Position numbers and translations under genes: made by a program | The notes under the pieces: model-generated | Told to the model about the DNA's origin: nothing | The model's database searches: none | The model's input: only the letters and a program-made list of their open reading frames with translations | Part shown: positions 59,449-64,000 of the stretch, piece after piece | Layout: each line of letters starts with the position of its first letter | Position numbering within the stretch: the stretch's first letter is position 1 | Origin: Dicyema japonicum | Lineage: Eukaryota; Animalia; Dicyemida | DNA length: 64,000 nucleotides | Assembly: GCA_011109175.1 (NCBI GenBank) | Contig: RDEW01000005.1 | Location: 1,794,657-1,858,656, forward strand | Direction of reading: 5' to 3'

Positions 59449-60371
59449 TTAATAGGCAGAACAAGAAGCTGAGGTAGCCGTTAATGAAATTACATCTGAT
59501 ATTCCATCTTTATCAATTATTTGAACGTAGAATGTCCCCAAATCAACAATGAACCGTTTTTGAATCTATGCTAACAATATACAGCATACAGTATTAATAC
59601 ACTTTTGGACAACATCAAGTGCATCATTCTTGCTCATATCTCAAATATAACAGAGTAAAGTACTTGGCTTCAGGTTACTTTCCAAAACAGGGAAGGAAAA
59701 GAAACTTCCATAACCATTGACAGCGTATGGGACTTTAACCATGGCACCATACATATCAATACTGTAGCATTCAGAGCCATCTTCCTCAGTAAACCCAGCC
59801 ACAATCATATTCACTTGATAATGACTCTATCAGTTTATTCAAAAGTATTAAGCGTTAAGATTCCATTAATACAGTTCAAAGCTAAGCAAAATAAATAGAA
59901 CGGCTACAACTCGAGTGTAAAACGGTTATTCAAGCCAATTAGCGTAAAAAAAGATCAAAGCGAAAATAATTTCAAACCGAATCAAATGTAAAATAAAATT
60001 AGCGGTAATTCAAGCATAAATAATAAAAGAAAATTACCCTTGTTCGAATACTCTCGGCTATTTTGAGTCTAATAAAGTTGGCGACTGCACTCACACTCAA
60101 CTCACAGCCTGAGAATTACAATAATGTTGACCTCTCTCCATTATTTTAAGAAGAATATTTTTTGCTATGAAATCACAGAAATAAAGCACATCGCCGACGT
60201 CTCCATTTGCAGCCAAAACAACATGGTCACTGAGTTTCATTATTTTAAGATTATCTATGTTGAAATTATAAATATACTGTATTTAAAGAACAGGACACTA
60301 GCTTCCACTTTTGTGTCGCCTGCAACAACTGTGAAATTGTTAGTAGAAAAACCAAGAATACAACCAGCCAT
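59449..60371 (-). CDS. PSMB2: 20S proteasome subunit beta type-2 (beta4); 4 micro-introns plus one 211-nt intron (59827-60037)
   Basis: MAGCILGF..NF.VVAGD, GDVGDVLYFCDFIAKNI, VANFIR..AESIRTR|SHYQVNMIVAGF, PYAVNGYGSF, KCI.TIQKRFIVDL..F.VQIIDKDGI; frame intact. Confidence 0.93.
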
Positions 60372-60650
60372 AACGAAGCAACAGCACAAATATGATTTAT
60401 AAATTTATTTTAAATATAAAATTAAATAAAAAATTAATTTTACATATTTATGTACCCTATTTTCTTCTGTATCCTCTGAATAACTACTGGACGCTAGAAG
60501 GCCCAGGTTTTCCTGCATTTAGTGAGTTTGGGTGGGTGGAGCAGTGTTATAAATTTTGGATAAAATTCAGATGCTCTTCAGTTCGAATTTCACTGCACAT
60601 TTCGACTTAAAATTCCATGCATCTACCTAATATGCTTTCTGATTTGACTA

Positions 60651-60945
60651 AATTGCACATACATAATCAACCCACCCACTGCAGGACCAGATTGTTCACA
60701 GAGTCTCGCACGAATCCAACAAGAGAAAGAATGAATTAAGAACATTCTTAATGGTCTGACCCCCTTTTACGATTAATTAGCATAACTGTTCTCTCTCAGT
60801 TAATAACCTTCTTGTTCCATCGCATAGCAGACCCCTCACTGTCGTTTCATTTGGATTAGTTATATACATCACAAGACAATTGAGTGACATCACGTGCTAA
60901 AATTTTTGACCAGTTAACTGGTGGGTTGATTATGTCTGTGCAATT
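60651..60945. mobile_element. MITE with 26-bp TIRs and TA flanks
   Basis: aattgcacatacataatcaacccacc / ggtgggttgattatgtctgtgcaatt (1 mismatch), TA immediately outside both ends, no ORF. Confidence 0.85.
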
Positions 60946-61299
60946 TAATTATTATTAAAGTAATGATCGAGAAATAATAATCATTAAAATTCTTCTTGTA
61001 TCTCCTTGTCGCAGATTTGACCGACCAGTTTTCTCAACGCTCTTCTGTTATGAGCTTTTCCACCTCTGAGTGTCATTTTGCATTTTAATGGAAGTATGTA
61101 TGACCCCTTATGACCTTCAGGAAACACGTAACCAACGTAATCTCCTCTTCACAGCGAAAACAAACTTTGTAAAAACGCAACTTGGATACTAAAAGTTGTT
61201 TCCACTCAACATTAAATCATTTTTAAACCCAATATATACAACCATCAATCAGCTACTGCTGTGCGGCATGGGGTACTAACCTATCCTATATCAACCTAA

Positions 61300-61555
61300 A
61301 GAAAATACCTCTTTCCAAGAAATAGTAACGAGGGTCTTAAAAAGGTTTTCTTTCCCACTAAAGCCAACCCCGTTCGAGTAACTTGTGAGGAGAACGGGTC
61401 GTTGGAACTTCAAAATTTCAGAAAAGTGATTCATCCATAGAGGAAGTGTGTCGGCTCTCTGTAGGACCACCGAAAAAGGATGAGGCGGCTGCTTAAGGAG
61501 ACCGGGATCGCTTGATTTTGTCTGCGATTCTTGATTTTAAATAAATAAATGGAAG
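61300..61555 (+). mobile_element. LINE 3' end variant (...LLKETGIA*)
   Basis: accgggatcgcttga followed by a taaataaataaa tail. Confidence 0.6.
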
Positions 61556-61749
61556 TATGTGAATGGAAGCTGAAAACAAGAGAGGATCTGGATGATTTGA
61601 GGGCGGTTGCGAGAAACAGGAGAGGATGGTAACGACTTACAGCGTGTATCCTGAGATGCATGGCAAAAGTGGAATCTCATTTTTTTCTAAGACTGAATAA
61701 ATGCATAAAGTCAGTTGAAACTTTTGGTGTGGGTCTATTGTAGACGATC

Positions 61750-62400
61750 AAGTTCAGGAGTGAGATGTTCACTGATGACGTCGTCACTGCGGATTGATGA
61801 AATGACGGATGATTTGAAACAACAGTTGAAGGCTACATCATCTATTTTGAACACTTCGCTATTGCTATTAATGAGACCGTTGACATCACTGGAATAGCAC
61901 AGCTTGCAGTTTTTATCAGGGCTTGTGACAGTGATTTAATATTTATGAAGAACTGGTTGATTCAATGAATGACAATGCAACTAGCAAGACATCGTTGTAA
62001 AGGTCGAACAGATTCAGCATGACTATGATTTTGATTTGAGTAAACTTTCATCCGTATCTACTGATGTCGCTGCGATTTTAGTTTTTTAAACACAATGTTG
62101 TTGCTGCCAAGTTGCAACTAAAATTGGGTTCATCATTTTCACATTTTCAATGCATTATTGATCAACAAAATTTGTGTTCAAAACTAAAATTTAATTACGT
62201 GTTTACTGAGGTCATAAAAAGTGAACTTTATAAAATGCATTGTTCTCCACCATCGGCAATTCAATCAGCTGCTAGAAGACGTGGATAACAGTTCACGGAT
62301 TTCCATTCTACACAAAAGTCCGTGGTTATCTGGTCTCAACGATTCTATTGCTGAGACCAGAAATTGATTAATTTGTGGGGATACCTGGCTTATATTCATA
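61750..62400 (+). mobile_element. hAT transposase remnant (Buster/SPIN/GTF2IRD2-like)
   Basis: FAIAINETVDITGIAQLAVFIR, SVSTD, (H)CII.QQNL, HRQFNQLLED, FYTKVR(W)LS. Confidence 0.8.
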
Positions 62401-63299
62401 CCTTCCTGAAAAGTTTACAAACTTCAGAATGTTTTCATGAGGATTATGGCGATATTTGGTTCCACCTATTTTATCAACAGTTGTTTTCCTTCATGAAATC
62501 AACAGAATCTTCTCAGAAAACACGGTTGACTGATGTACACAGTTAAGTAACCAAGTCCTCATTTTGAGAGTCATTAAGAGAGCTGCTGTCATCGCTGTAC
62601 ATCGAGCATTCCGTGTTAGTGGCTATATCCTCTACGAAATTTAAATTTATAAAAACGTGGATCTTCGTTAATTCTACGGAGACACATTTTTAAAGTTTTT
62701 CTTCAAGAATTCTCACATTTTTATTAGTTGTGAATGAAAAATGATTTGGTCTATATTTACCTAAACGTCCGCCCATTGCTGTATTCGGAGTCTCAAAATC
62801 TGCTCAGTAATTTCTATAAAGCAAGGTTGAAAGAAATGGGGAAAGCTGTTTTAGTGGTATATTTTCCTTTTTAAATCTTTCTTTTCTGAATTCATAATGT
62901 CCTAAGATCTGATTCTTCTTAAACCACTCTCAATTATTGACATTTTATAAAAATGTTCATCTAACAGTTTTTTATGTCTTTCTTCTCTTTCAAAGTCATA
63001 TGTTCACTCATTTTGATAACTTTTGTTTGTACGGTAAATTTACTTTAAATGGAAATATTTATACAAATTAAGCCAATTTCCTAAATAAACACATTTAATC
63101 AATTAATTTAATTTTAATATCAAAATTTTAAAATTAAAAACTATTTTAGCAAATAACCTGGTCGTGGATAAATTCCCCAACTTCTTTCCCTTGCTTTATA
63201 GTGATTAAGGGATGGGCTCCAAGCTACCGTTCCTAAATTTCTTCAATCAGGTGTAGTGACATTGAACCTATCTCTGAAAATAATAAATAATTAAATTAG

Positions 63300-63590
63300 C
63301 ATGCTGGGATAAGTCTCGTACAAATTCCGTAACCCAGGAGACTGCAGTAAAGTTGATTTGACCAGAACACAAGATCCAATCTATTGAAAATCTTCTTAAA
63401 TTCTTAAAGGCGGGCAGTCTACCGATCTGCCCCCTGTTTCATATACTATCGAAAAATCTACAAACATGTAAAAAGTTTAGCCGGTGTCATGTCTAATGAG
63501 TAGAGTTGTACACGATTCTCGACCCCTCTGTACTCGTCCTCTCCATTGTCGGTCAGGAATCACTTAGTTAGTTGAGAACTGTTTTTTGCC
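63300..63590 (+). mobile_element. LINE 3' region, subfamily C
   Basis: Aligns to 21560-21760 (-); terminus ggaatcacttagttag. Confidence 0.75.
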
Positions 63591-63619
63591 TATCAAAACG
63601 TCCTTTGTTAACAAAACCA

Positions 63620-63800
63620 CAGATTATGTCGGACCGCCCTTAATTCTTCAAACCGATAACGGCAAAGATTTTTCAATGCCCATATGAAAAAATTATGCCA
63701 AAGGTTCTCTATAAAGTGTTTAAGAGGCAAACAGGACTCCCTGGATACAAGGTCAAGTCGAACGGTATTATTTCATCTTTAAATGATGATTCAACCAAAG
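63620..63800 (+). mobile_element. Retroviral-type (rve) integrase remnant, KRBA2/Ginger-like
   Basis: 'GPPLILQTDNGKDF' and '..PWIQGQVER' catalytic D and E motifs. Confidence 0.6.
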
Positions 63801-64000
63801 TATAAAACGGTGGATTTGTCAGTTAGTTTATCTAACGGAAATTTTGTGTTTTACCTGTCTTTTATAAAAGACATCGTATTTTGCTACAATAATACATCTG
63901 GACACTTCACTAAATCCTCTTTCATCTAGATATGTTGAAGGAAATGCTATCATTAGTGTTTCGATTTCATTCCACAGTTGATGATATTTTTTCTTTTTGT

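Noticed and set aside
62760-63050. Coding region beginning MSEHMTLKREE on the minus strand
   Set aside because: Interrupted by stops that are not explained by micro-introns; no family recognised.
1-64000. CRISPR array, operons or a prokaryotic defence system
   Set aside because: No regularly spaced repeat-spacer array, and the genes are spliced eukaryotic housekeeping genes.
1-64000. Most entries in the supplied ORF track as genes
   Set aside because: The majority are antisense or off-frame shadows of decayed TEs or of spliced genes; real genes are fragmented by micro-introns and mostly missed by the track.
1-64000. Intact tRNA, snRNA, 5S rRNA or telomeric arrays
   Set aside because: No complete cloverleaf, no U1/U2/U6/5S consensus match and no TTAGGG-type tract were seen by eye; highly divergent RNAs could have been missed.

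Overview
AT-rich eukaryotic genomic DNA, not prokaryotic: there are no operons or CRISPR arrays. Hand splicing recovers ten recognisable housekeeping genes: PRPF38A, HAP40/F8A1, CHTF18, C1D, a Rab5-family GTPase, CENP-S, MRPL28, GOT1/GOLT1, U1-70K and PSMB2. There is also one intronless ORF with Bcl-2-like motifs. The long-form MRPL28, HAP40 and the Bcl-2-like ORF point to an animal. Almost all of the ~45-50 introns I placed are 21-26 nt. That fits a highly derived compact-gene animal such as a myxozoan cnidarian or a dicyemid; this is inference, and the species cannot be read from the sequence. The genes sit in small islands inside a dense field of decayed mobile elements. These include APE-RT LINEs whose ORF ends in 'GIT*', RTE, CRE-like and R4/Dong-like RLE retroelements, SINE-like elements, pogo/Tigger, hAT, Tc1-like and integrase fragments, and a MITE. 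Several conserved genes carry single-base indels in homopolymer runs, most likely long-read consensus errors, so some reading frames and splice calls are provisional. Mobile-element boundaries are approximate unless a TIR or TSD is quoted. No database searches were run; family assignments come from motif recognition. The strongest leads are: (1) the micro-intron splicing system, with non-canonical sites and truncated RS domains in two spliceosomal proteins; (2) the Bcl-2-like ORF; (3) a TSD-flanked SINE-like element with a pseudoknot-like fold; (4) RLE retroelements resembling those of microsporidia.
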